A stretch of DNA of 64,000 nucleotides from an uncultured Dehalococcoidaceae bacterium (GTDB lineage: Bacteria > Chloroflexota > Dehalococcoidia > Dehalococcoidales > RBG-16-60-22): NCBI GenBank assembly GCA_964558675.1, contig CAZLEY010000001.1, positions 106,754 to 170,753 on the forward strand, in the 5' to 3' direction. The notes under the pieces are model-generated. The model did not search any database and was not told the origin of the DNA. It saw only the letters and a list, made by a program, of their open reading frames with translations. How positions within the stretch are numbered: the first letter of the stretch is position 1; every line of letters starts with the position of its first letter. The translations under genes and the position numbers were made by a program. Positions 29,022 to 37,985 of this stretch are shown here, piece by piece.

Positions 29022-29062
29022 AAAAGCCTCCGATTTGATAAAGTCATTATCGGGGGTTTTTT
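29022..29062 (+). terminator. intrinsic terminator after the tRNA
   Basis: aaaagcctccgat ... atcgggggtttt stem with T-run. Confidence 0.75.
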
Positions 29063-29280
29063 GTTTTTACTGAAATCCCGATTCAAGTGCAGGATGTCGA
29101 ACATTTCATCGTTTTGCCACATTGCGTTCAAAAACCAGTCTGGGGACGAATTTTAAATGTCATTTGGCATATAAATGGTAATAAACTTGACTTTTGGCAC
29201 TTTTATGTTTTATAATTTGTCATGCTGTGTTTAATAACGTGCAAGATAACGCTCTACGTGATACAGCTTAAGACGCTTTA

Positions 29281-29478
29281 ATGGAAGGTCTCGCTGAAAA
29301 GGTAAAGATGCTGCGGAGGAAAAAGGGCTGGGTACAGGAAGACTTGGCACGGGAGATAGGCGTTAGCCTCTCTACAGTTCAGCGCTGGGAAAGGCGAGGT
29401 GGCCAACCCAGCCGTTTGGCTTTAAGAGAACTTAAAAAACTCTTTCAAGACGCTGGAATGACCAATGAGCAATGGTAA
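29281..29478 (+). CDS. XRE/Cro-family helix-turn-helix protein
   Basis: QEDLAREIGVSLSTVQRWE; TTGACT-N18-TATAAT at 29187-29216. Confidence 0.88.
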   Translation: MEGLAEKVKMLRRKKGWVQEDLAREIGVSLSTVQRWERRGGQPSRLALRELKKLFQDAGMTNEQW

Positions 29479-29565
29479 GCCGGGGCATAGCTACCAACTC
29501 TTATAGCCGTAATTTCGTGGGACATACTTTTATACACTAAAAAGATATGAGAGTCAACCAAAAAT

Positions 29566-30261
29566 ATGCAGATAGTTATTCTGGCAGGTGGATTGGCTAC
29601 CCGGCTGGGAGAGTTAACTGAAAGTCAGCCCAAAACCATGTTAAGGATACAGGGCAGACCATTCGTAGAGTATCAAGTCGAATTGCTGAGGAAACAGGGA
29701 ATAAAGGATATCGTAATGTGCATCGGTCATCTGGGAGAACAGATAGAGAGTCACCTGGGCAATGGAAGGAAGTACGGAGTAGATATCAGGTATAGCCATG
29801 AAGATGAGCCTCTGGGCACCGGGGGGGCTATCAAAAAAGCTGAAGCTATGCTTAACAAAGAGTTCTTCACCATGTATGGAGATTCCTATTTATTATTAGA
29901 CTTGTGGTCTGTGTATTCCTATTTTCGAACTAAAAATAAGCTTGCCCTTATAACTGTGTACAAAAATTACGACAGCTACGATATAAGCAATACAGCCATC
30001 AGTAATTGCCTGGTGACAAGATACAACAAAAAAGAGAAGACCGAGGATATGGTTTACATTGACTATGGAGTACATGTCTTCAAGAAAGAAGCTCTGGAGC
30101 TTATGCCGGAAAACGGCTATTACCCCATGGAAGACCTTTTCCCGACGTTAATCTCACAGAAACAACTGCTCGCTTATGAAGTCAGCGAGCGGTTCTACGA
30201 AATAGGCTCGCTTCAGGGACTTAAGGAATTTGGGCAATATCTAGGTAGGGCAGAAAGATGA
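29566..30261 (+). CDS. hddC: sugar-1-phosphate nucleotidyltransferase, probable heptose-1-P guanylyltransferase
   Basis: LAGGLATRL, PK.M, EPLGTGGA, YGDSY; context hddA-gmhA-gmhB. Confidence 0.8.
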   Translation: MQIVILAGGLATRLGELTESQPKTMLRIQGRPFVEYQVELLRKQGIKDIVMCIGHLGEQIESHLGNGRKYGVDIRYSHEDEPLGTGGAIKKAEAMLNKEFFTMYGDSYLLLDLWSVYSYFRTKNKLALITVYKNYDSYDISNTAISNCLVTRYNKKEKTEDMVYIDYGVHVFKKEALELMPENGYYPMEDLFPTLISQKQLLAYEVSERFYEIGSLQGLKEFGQYLGRAER

Positions 30262-31250
30262 TACTCTCGAGAGCGCCAACGCGAATCAGTCTTGGGGGTG
30301 GAGGTACCGACCTCGCATCGTACTACTCCAAGTATGGAGGTTTCCTTATCGCCGGGGCAATCAACAAATACTGCCATATACTGGTCAACCACCGGTTCTA
30401 TAATAACCTCCGGCTCAGTTATTCGCAGATGGAGATTAAAAATTGCGCGGCGGAAGTAGAGCACAAAATCTTTCGGGCAGCCCTCGAGTTTAGCGGCATA
30501 GATAAGGGAATAGAGCTTCATTCCTCTGTTGATGTCCCCGCCGGTTGCGGTCTGGGTACGTCCTCTAGCTTTACCGTAGCCCTTCTTAATGTCTTGCATG
30601 CCTATAAACAGGAATTCGTTACCCAGAAGCAGCTTGCTGAAGAGGCATGTCATATCGAGATAGATGTACTTGGAGAACCTATCGGCAAGCAGGACCAGTA
30701 CATAGCGGCTCTTGGCGGTCTTGTCTGTCTTACCTTTGAAAAGAATGGTGAGGTTCTGGTGGAACCTCTCCGAATATCTCCGGAAATGCTGGACCAGCTG
30801 GAAAATAATACCCTCCTTTTCTTTACCGGTAGTGAGAGGAGCGCTTCTGAAATACTCGCCGAGCAGGATTCTAAGTCAAAACAGGACGACCCGGATATGA
30901 TTAACAATCTTCACCGGATTAAAGAAATAGGGTTAAAGACAAAGAAGTATTTAGAAAATGGACATCTGGGCATGTTTGGAGAGCTTCTCAATGTTCACTG
31001 GGAGACCAAGAAGAAGCGCTCGGCTGGGATGTCCAATCCATTTCTGGACGAGTGCTATGAAGTCGCCCGTAAGAAAGGCGCCTTGGGTGGGAAGCTGGTA
31101 GGTGCTGGCGGCAGTGGCTTTTTTATGTTCTATTGCGAGAATGTCAATAGCCAGAAACCAAAGCTGGTGGAAGCTATGCATAAGATGGGGCTGCGGTGGG
31201 AAAGATTCCGGTTTGAGTTTGATGGCGCCAAGATACTGGTCAATACCTAG
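30258..31250 (+). CDS. hddA: GHMP kinase, D-glycero-alpha-D-manno-heptose-7-phosphate kinase
   Basis: RAPTRISLGGGGTD, PAGCGLGTSS, GKQDQY, GKLVGAGGSGF. Confidence 0.88.
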   Translation: MILSRAPTRISLGGGGTDLASYYSKYGGFLIAGAINKYCHILVNHRFYNNLRLSYSQMEIKNCAAEVEHKIFRAALEFSGIDKGIELHSSVDVPAGCGLGTSSSFTVALLNVLHAYKQEFVTQKQLAEEACHIEIDVLGEPIGKQDQYIAALGGLVCLTFEKNGEVLVEPLRISPEMLDQLENNTLLFFTGSERSASEILAEQDSKSKQDDPDMINNLHRIKEIGLKTKKYLENGHLGMFGELLNVHWETKKKRSAGMSNPFLDECYEVARKKGALGGKLVGAGGSGFFMFYCENVNSQKPKLVEAMHKMGLRWERFRFEFDGAKILVNT

Positions 31251-31263
31251 ATAGAGGATAAGT

Positions 31264-31863
31264 ATGAGGAACGAAAATTACATCTCCGGTTATCTTACCG
31301 AAATGAGAAGGGTGGCCGGGGATATCTCCATCGGGGATGTAGGCAGGGTTGTGGAGCTTCTCTTCCAGGCGTGGCAAAGCGGCCGTCAGGTCTTTATCTG
31401 CGGCAATGGCGGCTCGGCGGGCACTGCCACCCATTTTGCCTGTGACCTGGCCAAGACCACTATAGTCGATGGTAAGAGACGTTTCAAAGCACTGTGCCTC
31501 AACGACAATATCCCGCTTATAAGCGCGCTGGTTAATGACAATGGCTTTGACAACCTGTTTTATGAGCAGCTAAAGAACCTGTATCAAAGAGGAGATGTCC
31601 TCATCTGCATTAGCGTTCATGGCGGCTCCGGCCAGGACCAAGCCGGTTTGTGGTCACAAAACCTTCTCAAGGCGATGAAATATGTGGCCGACAATGGCGG
31701 CAAGACCATTGGACTCAGCGGCTTCGATGGCGGCCCGATGAAAGAGGTAGCGGATGCATGCATCGTTGTACCCGTAGATTCTACTCCTCAGGTCGAGTCC
31801 TTTCATCTGGCTATGGAACACCTGATTTGCTCCTGTCTCAGGCAGAAGATAGAGGCAAGCTGA
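31264..31863 (+). CDS. gmhA: phosphoheptose isomerase (SIS domain)
   Basis: CGNGGSAG.A.HF, LNDN, NDNGF, QVES.H. Confidence 0.9.
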   Translation: MRNENYISGYLTEMRRVAGDISIGDVGRVVELLFQAWQSGRQVFICGNGGSAGTATHFACDLAKTTIVDGKRRFKALCLNDNIPLISALVNDNGFDNLFYEQLKNLYQRGDVLICISVHGGSGQDQAGLWSQNLLKAMKYVADNGGKTIGLSGFDGGPMKEVADACIVVPVDSTPQVESFHLAMEHLICSCLRQKIEAS

Positions 31864-31885
31864 CTAAACATATCTGGTTGATGTT

Positions 31886-32515
31886 ATGAATACAAACAAT
31901 AGAGGAAGAGCTGTATTTCTTGACCGCGATGGTGTCATCAATTCCCTGGTCTATCATCGTGAACAGGGTATAATCGATTCGCCGTTTACCGTGGAACAGT
32001 TCGTGCTGATCACCCGTGTTAGCGAGGCGATTGTGAGGTTCCATGACATGGGTTATAAGGTAATCCTGGTCTCCAATCAGCCCGGAATCGCCAAGGGGCA
32101 GTTGACCTCTAAGACCTTTGAAAAAATCAGGGAGAAGATGAAAGAAGAACTCTTGGAAGAAGGGGCTTCTCTTGATGGCGAATACTATTGCCTGCATCAC
32201 CCCCAGGCAGAGATTGCACAACTGAGGGTCAATTGCGAATGCCGAAAACCCAAGCCAGGGCTACTCCTTCAAGCTGCCGGTGATATGGACATAGACTTAT
32301 CGCAATCCTGGATGATAGGTGACGGGCTTACCGATGTGCAGGCGGGTAAAAAAGCCGGGTGCAGGACCATCCTTCTAGGAAGGATGAAATGCGAGCTCTG
32401 CCACCTTATGGACATAGAAGATGCCAGACCTGACGCTATTACTTCAAACCTTAAGGAAGCGGCCCAGTTTGTCTTTGAAACAACGGTGCTGAAGATTGGA
32501 GGAGTTTTTAGCTAA
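31886..32515 (+). CDS. gmhB: D,D-heptose 1,7-bisphosphate phosphatase (HAD-IIIA)
   Basis: FLDRDGVIN, SNQ.G, CLHHP...CECRKPKPG, MIGD..TD. Confidence 0.92.
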   Translation: MNTNNRGRAVFLDRDGVINSLVYHREQGIIDSPFTVEQFVLITRVSEAIVRFHDMGYKVILVSNQPGIAKGQLTSKTFEKIREKMKEELLEEGASLDGEYYCLHHPQAEIAQLRVNCECRKPKPGLLLQAAGDMDIDLSQSWMIGDGLTDVQAGKKAGCRTILLGRMKCELCHLMDIEDARPDAITSNLKEAAQFVFETTVLKIGGVFS

Positions 32516-32517
32516 CC

Positions 32518-32712
32518 ATGAGAAGAGAATTGATTGATATCCTGGCCTGTCCGGTATGTAAAGGAAATATGGAACTCAGCGTGAGTGAAGAAAATGATAG
32601 GGAGGTAATCAGTGGTTATCTGCATTGCATCAGGTGTAATGAAGACTACCCTATTGTAGATACTATCCCTAATCTGTTACCGAGGGACAAGCATGGACAG
32701 GCTAATTCATAA
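32518..32712 (+). CDS. Trm112-like methyltransferase activator
   Basis: LIDILACPVCKG.....G.LHC..C...YPIVDTIPNLLP. Confidence 0.85.
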   Translation: MRRELIDILACPVCKGNMELSVSEENDREVISGYLHCIRCNEDYPIVDTIPNLLPRDKHGQANS

Positions 32713-32761
32713 TCCATTTTACAGTTAGGTCTAAGTACATATTATTTGTGAGGAGGTAAAT

Positions 32762-33457
32762 ATGAAAATATTTATTGATTCGGCAAGCATTACTGAAATT
32801 GAGAAATGGCTGGATATGGGAGTAATCGATGGCGTCACAACCAATCCCAGTATTATGTTTAAGGACGGTGTCTATAACGCTGAAGAAGGGGCCAAGCAAA
32901 TAGCGGCTTTGGTGAATCCCCGTCCGCTCAGTGTAGAGGTGACCACCAACGACCTCAACGAGATGTTTGCCCAGGCGCAGACATTTGCCTCATGGGCGCC
33001 GAATATCGTTATTAAAGTACCTCAAATTACACAGGACGGCATCCCTTGCTACGGTCTTATTAAGCGTTTAGAAAGCGAAGGGATAAAGGTTAACGCCACC
33101 GTAGCCATGTCTTACGGGCAGGTGATACTGGCAGCCAAGGCAGACGCTACCTACATCAGCGTCTTTACCGGGAGAATGGCTGACGAGGGTGGTAACGCCC
33201 CCGAGGTCATTAAGACCTGCACCGGCTGGCTGGAACGCTGGAAATATAAGGGAGAGCTTATTGTAGGCAGTATCAGGTCGGTAGGCGATATCCTGAGCGC
33301 CGCTATGGCGGGGGCGCATATCATCACCATACCGCCCCAGTTCCTGGCCAAGATGGCTGACCATCAATACACCAGGGAAACCGTAAGGCAATTTGTCAGC
33401 GACGCTCAGAAGGCCCTGGAGATGATGAAGCTGAAGAGAGTAAGCCAAAGCATCTGA
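32762..33457 (+). CDS. tal: transaldolase (small TalC/FSA family; Glu/Phe signature of true transaldolase)
   Basis: DGVTTNPS, SVEV, VIKVP Schiff-base Lys, YISVF.GR. Confidence 0.88.
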   Translation: MKIFIDSASITEIEKWLDMGVIDGVTTNPSIMFKDGVYNAEEGAKQIAALVNPRPLSVEVTTNDLNEMFAQAQTFASWAPNIVIKVPQITQDGIPCYGLIKRLESEGIKVNATVAMSYGQVILAAKADATYISVFTGRMADEGGNAPEVIKTCTGWLERWKYKGELIVGSIRSVGDILSAAMAGAHIITIPPQFLAKMADHQYTRETVRQFVSDAQKALEMMKLKRVSQSI

Positions 33458-33492
33458 TCTGGAATACTCATCAGCAGCAAAAGGGAAGACAT

Positions 33493-33858
33493 TTGCGAGA
33501 TAGTTTTCTAGCCAAATTTGACCAATTTGCAAAATTAGTTCATCCCCATGTGCCCTTCACAGAACTAAACACCGTATGGCGGTATATGCAGAAGGATGTG
33601 AAGAGCATCCTTGACATAGGCTGTGGTAAGGGCAAACCGATGGAATTTATCAACCGGCACAAACAATTTCACGTGACCGGCGTGAAGGCCGATGAGGTCG
33701 GTCCTGTTGTGCTCGGGCAGAATGAGAAACACGAGAAAATAGCGAGTTTCATCCCGCATCAGGCAGGAGATAATCAAAAGTTAGAGTTTCTGTTATATAA
33801 GAACGGGGAAATCGAGCCTTATCTGGAGCCCCTTCGTTTGCGGATTGATGTTAAGTAG
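33493..33858 (+). pseudogene. chimeric remnant: SAM-methyltransferase N-terminus fused to a DUF1616-like C-terminus
   Basis: SILDIGCGKG...FHVTGV breaks off before the motif II acidic residue; continues as VGPVVL...SFIP.QAGDNQKLEFLLYKNG..EPYLEPLRLRIDVK. Confidence 0.7.
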
Positions 33859-33909
33859 TAACTCCCCCTTCCGTTTAGATTGTTGACTTTTTTTACTGCT
33901 AACCTGACT

Positions 33910-34626
33910 TCAGGAAGTAGCTACTGTCTCCTGTTTCATCATCGCTTCGATTTCGGCAAACGGTATCTTTACCTTGGGAAGTATGGGTTTCCCGTCAGGT
34001 CCCATCTCAATAGCACCGGTGGGGCAAACGAAGGCACAATCGCCGCAGCCAATGCATTCCTCACCCAGCTCATAAGCATAGAAAGGAGCCGCTACTTCCC
34101 TGTAGATACCCCGGTTGACCAGGTTTATCGCCGACTTTCCCATTATCTCATGGCAGGCCCTGACGCACAAGCCACACAGAATACAGTCCTGGTCTCCCAG
34201 GACAAACCTCGGCTTCTCAACTCCATACTCTTCGGCCAGTTCCTGTATCCTCTTTACGTTGGGGCATCTCGTTAGTAGGAGCTCAATTATCCCTTTACGT
34301 AGCTTTCTTACCTTCTCCGTATTGGTCTTTACTATAAGGCCTTCTTTTACCGGGTAAAGGCAGGCGGCCACAAATCGGAACTTGGAACCACCATCCTCGC
34401 TTACCTCAACGGTACATATCCGGCAGGCGCCGTAGGGCTTGACGGCTGGATGATAACATAGAGCCGGGATAGTACCTATTCCGGGCAGGCGTGCCACGGC
34501 CTCGAGGATGGTCTGGCCTCCGGACACCACAATTTCCTTATCATCAACTGTTAAGTGAACCGCGTTAATCCCGTCAGCAGCCTTCACATCGATAGTATTT
34601 TCACCACTAATCCATACTTTTGTCAT
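33910..34626 (-). CDS. NuoG/HydA N-terminal-like FeS subunit ([2Fe-2S] plus 2x[4Fe-4S]), no catalytic domain
   Basis: PALC....YGACRICTVE...AAC; CILCGLCVRAC and CIGCGDCAFVCP. Confidence 0.88.
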   Translation of the reverse strand: MTKVWISGENTIDVKAADGINAVHLTVDDKEIVVSGGQTILEAVARLPGIGTIPALCYHPAVKPYGACRICTVEVSEDGGSKFRFVAACLYPVKEGLIVKTNTEKVRKLRKGIIELLLTRCPNVKRIQELAEEYGVEKPRFVLGDQDCILCGLCVRACHEIMGKSAINLVNRGIYREVAAPFYAYELGEECIGCGDCAFVCPTGAIEMGPDGKPILPKVKIPFAEIEAMMKQETVATS

Positions 34627-34640
34627 TTGATTGCCTCCCT

Positions 34641-36521
34641 TTACACTTTTATTACCGCGTTGAACTTACAAACATCGTAACAGGCGCCACACTTGATACA
34701 CTGGCTCTGGTCAAGCGTGTGGACTTCCTTTTTCTCCCCGCTGATGGCGCCCGTAGGACATGACCTTAAGCATCTACCACAGCCCTCACACCTGTCGGGG
34801 TCAATAGAGTACTGGATTAACTCCCGGCAGACACCAGCCGGACACTTCTTATCATCAATATGAGCCAGGTACTCATTCCTGAAGTGGCGGAGAGTGCTCA
34901 TAACCGGATTGGCAGCGGTTTTTCCCAGGGCGCAAAGAGCGCCGTCACCGAGAATACCGGCCAGGTCCTCCAGTGTATCCAGGTCTTCTCTCTTGGCCTT
35001 TCCATGAGTGATATTGTTCAGCACCTCGCTCATCCTGTTTAACCCTTCCCGGCAGGGGACGCATTTGCCACATGACTCTCCCTTGAGGAACTCAATGAAG
35101 TACCTGGCGATATCGACCATACAGGTATCCTCGTCCATTACTATCATGGCCCCCGAGCCCATCATCGAGCCAAGCTTGCTTAGCTCATCGAAATCTACAG
35201 GAGTATCGAGATATTGCTCGGGAACGCAGCCCCCCGAGGGCCCGCCGGTTTGTACCGCCTTGAATTTCTTGCCGTTGGGGATACCTCCACCAATGTCGTA
35301 AATCATTTCCCTCAGGGTTATCCCCATAGGTACTTCTACCAGGCCGGTATTGTTTATTTTCCCTACCAGCGAAAATATCATGGTTCCTGTGCTGCCAGCG
35401 GTGCCGAACCCGGAATACCAGTCAGCTCCTTTGTTGATTATCAGCGGCACGTTAGCCCAGGTCTTGACGTTATTTAAGAGGCTGGGTTTATCCCACAAAC
35501 CCTTCTCCGACATGTGAATGTATTTGGCTTTCGGCTCACCTATCTTTCCCTCGAGGGAAGCCATCAGTGCGCTGGATTCGCCGCAGACGAAAGCACCGCC
35601 TCCTTTATTAATCGTTGCCGTGAAATCGAAGCCGGAGCCCAGTATATTTTCGCCCAGCAGTCCGTAATCCATTGCCTGCTCGATCGCTATCCTGGCGTGC
35701 CTTACCGCCAGGGGGTATTCGTTGCGGACATACAGAAAGCCCCTATGAGAGCCAATAGCATAAGCGCCGATAATCATACCCTCCAGGATGGCGTGCGGAT
35801 TACCTTCGAGCAGGCTCCTGTCTTGATAAGCGCCCGGGTCACCCTCATCGGCATTACAGATTACGTATTTCATGTCACCACTGGCCTGACGGCAGGATTC
35901 CCACTTCCTGCCTGTCGGGAAACCGCCGCCGCCCCTCCCGCGCAGACCGGACTTCTTTACCTCCTCGATGACACCCTCCGGGGACATCTGGAAGAGGGCT
36001 TTACACAGGGCGGAATAACCCCCGCGGGCGATGTAGTCTTCAATATCCGTCGGGTCAATCTCTCCGTTAGCGCTGAGAATAGCTCGTGTTTGCCTCTTGT
36101 AGAATGGAACATCGGATTCGTAGGTGGATTTTTCGCTGGTGGCCGGGTCTACATAGAGCAACCGTTCAATGATATTGCCTTTAAGCACGGTCTCCGAGAT
36201 AATTTCCGGGACATCCTCTGGCTTCAGCCGGCGGTAGAATATCTTTTTCGGTCCTATGACGGCAATCGGTCCCTGTTCACAGAAACCGTGGCAGCCCGTT
36301 TCCTTTAGTTCCACCTGTAGCTGGAGTTCTCGCTTTTCGATTTCCTCATAAAAAGCTTCAAGAATCTCCTCAGCTCCTGCGGCGCGGCAACCGGTGCCAC
36401 CACATATCGATATGCATGTCCGGCTCTGGTCTCTCTTCTGGAGTATAGACTTGCGTAGTTCATCCAGTTCGGCAACACTGGTCACTCTTTTTTCTAATAG
36501 CTTTCGCACCTGCTCTACCAT
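34641..36521 (-). CDS. NuoF/HydB-like NAD(P)H-binding FMN/FeS subunit
   Basis: N-terminal [55 protein letters not shown]-terminal 2x[4Fe-4S]. Confidence 0.93.
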   Translation of the reverse strand: MVEQVRKLLEKRVTSVAELDELRKSILQKRDQSRTCISICGGTGCRAAGAEEILEAFYEEIEKRELQLQVELKETGCHGFCEQGPIAVIGPKKIFYRRLKPEDVPEIISETVLKGNIIERLLYVDPATSEKSTYESDVPFYKRQTRAILSANGEIDPTDIEDYIARGGYSALCKALFQMSPEGVIEEVKKSGLRGRGGGGFPTGRKWESCRQASGDMKYVICNADEGDPGAYQDRSLLEGNPHAILEGMIIGAYAIGSHRGFLYVRNEYPLAVRHARIAIEQAMDYGLLGENILGSGFDFTATINKGGGAFVCGESSALMASLEGKIGEPKAKYIHMSEKGLWDKPSLLNNVKTWANVPLIINKGADWYSGFGTAGSTGTMIFSLVGKINNTGLVEVPMGITLREMIYDIGGGIPNGKKFKAVQTGGPSGGCVPEQYLDTPVDFDELSKLGSMMGSGAMIVMDEDTCMVDIARYFIEFLKGESCGKCVPCREGLNRMSEVLNNITHGKAKREDLDTLEDLAGILGDGALCALGKTAANPVMSTLRHFRNEYLAHIDDKKCPAGVCRELIQYSIDPDRCEGCGRCLRSCPTGAISGEKKEVHTLDQSQCIKCGACYDVCKFNAVIKV

Positions 36522-36539
36522 ATCAGCACCCCTCGCAAT

Positions 36540-37037
36540 TTATTCGTATCTTTTTAAAACGCGGTCAAGCTTGTCAGCGTTCATCTGGCTCTCGTACTTC
36601 CCATCAACGACCACTACCGGACCGAGAGCGCAGCAACCCAGACAGTTAACCGTCTCCAGGGTGAATTTCTCGTCCTCTGTTGTTTCACCGGGTTTTATGC
36701 CGTAGTCCCTTTCTACCTTGTCAACCAGTCTCTGGCCTCCCCTTACATGACAGGCAGTGCCCAGACATACAGTTATCAGGTGGCGTCCTCTCGGCTTCAG
36801 GCTGAAGGCCCGGAAGAAAGTAGCCACGCTGAAAACCTGGCTTAAGGGAATATCCAGCTTCTGACTGACCTGTATCAACACATCACGCGGCAGATAATTA
36901 AACTCGGCTTGAATATCCTGTAACAGGGATATTAATTGTTCCTTCTTATCGGCATAGCTGTCTATCAGAGAATCGACCTTTTCCGTGTAGCTATCGACAA
37001 CAGCCTTCAATTTGGGAAAATCAAGAACCAGATCCAT
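36540..37037 (-). CDS. NuoE/HydC-like [2Fe-2S] subunit
   Basis: LQDIQAEFNYLP, VCLGTACHVRG, VNCLGCCALGP. Confidence 0.93.
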   Translation of the reverse strand: MDLVLDFPKLKAVVDSYTEKVDSLIDSYADKKEQLISLLQDIQAEFNYLPRDVLIQVSQKLDIPLSQVFSVATFFRAFSLKPRGRHLITVCLGTACHVRGGQRLVDKVERDYGIKPGETTEDEKFTLETVNCLGCCALGPVVVVDGKYESQMNADKLDRVLKRYE

Positions 37038-37053
37038 TGGCTAACCTCCTTCA

Positions 37054-37247
37054 CGTACTTCCTGATTTCAGCGTACAATCCTGAAGGCCACCGTGCCATC
37101 CGTTATCACGCCCGTTTTTACTGCAAGAATCACCTTTATCGCCGGGTATTTTACGCAGCAAGTTTCACCTTTAGAGGGATGACGAGTAAGTAGAATGACC
37201 TAGGTATTTCTACATTTACTCTTTTCTGAAGCTCAGGTATTTTACGC
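37054..37247. promoter_or_regulatory. candidate response-regulator binding array between divergent nuoEFG-like and RR-HK units
   Basis: GGTATTTTACGC at 37145 and 37236; CGTAC..CCTGA at 37054 and 37072; TTGAAG-N17-TATAAT at 37248-37276. Confidence 0.5.
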
Positions 37248-37293
37248 TTGAAGCTGGTTATGTAATTACGTATAATAACTTAAGGGTGGTTTT

Positions 37294-37959
37294 ATGGGCG
37301 TTATTAAGGTTCTTGTGGCTGAGGACCATCTGATAACACGGCAGGGTATCCGCCGACTTCTGGAGGACGAAAGCAACCTGACGGTGATAGGTGAGGCTGG
37401 CAATGGTGAGGAGGCGGTACAGATGGTCGGAGACTTGGAACCCGATGTGGTTATTATGGATATCGCCATGCCCAAACTTAATGGCATTGAGGCTACGAGG
37501 CAGATTAAACTGATTCGTCCCGCCACGGCTGTGCTGATACTTAGCGCCTACGATGACGATGAGTATGTCTTTGGACTGGTGGAGGCAGGCGCGGCTGGGT
37601 ATCTGTTAAAGACAGCCAGTGGTGAAGAGTTGAGCCGTGCTATTCGGGCTGTCCATAAAGGTGAGCCTGTGCTTGACCCCGTAATTGCCCGTAAGGTCTT
37701 GAATCGTCTCAGGTTCCCTGACAAAATACCACGTGTGGCAAGACCTGCCGAGCACCTCAGCGATCGTGAGATAGACATCATCAAGCTGGCGGCCAAGGGC
37801 ATGAGCAATAAGGACATAGCCAATGAGCTTCACCTGAGCCGGCGAACTATTGAAGGCAATCTGAGGACTATCTTCAATAAATTAGGCGTCGGCTCCCGCA
37901 CCGAGGCGGTGATGCAAGCGGTAGGACGTGGCTGGATTACGCTGGATGAACTGGCTTAA
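37294..37959 (+). CDS. NarL/LuxR-family response regulator
   Basis: AEDH, MDIAMP, GYLLK; C-terminal LSDREIDIIKLAAKGMSNKDIA..LHLS.RTI. Confidence 0.95.
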   Translation: MGVIKVLVAEDHLITRQGIRRLLEDESNLTVIGEAGNGEEAVQMVGDLEPDVVIMDIAMPKLNGIEATRQIKLIRPATAVLILSAYDDDEYVFGLVEAGAAGYLLKTASGEELSRAIRAVHKGEPVLDPVIARKVLNRLRFPDKIPRVARPAEHLSDREIDIIKLAAKGMSNKDIANELHLSRRTIEGNLRTIFNKLGVGSRTEAVMQAVGRGWITLDELA

Positions 37960-37985
37960 CACTCGCCTTCATTTGAGATACCGGG

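Noticed and set aside
28793-29131. Short ORFs overlapping the tRNA
   Set aside because: Incidental frames across tRNA-Thr and its terminator
29566-32515. LPS inner-core (ADP-heptose) biosynthesis
   Set aside because: Uses an HddA-type GHMP kinase and separate nucleotidyltransferase rather than HldE/HldD; no waa/lpx genes here
33910-37037. [FeFe]-hydrogenase, formate dehydrogenase or complex I operon
   Set aside because: The G-like subunit ends after the ferredoxin motifs; no H-cluster, Mo-bisPGD or membrane nuo genes
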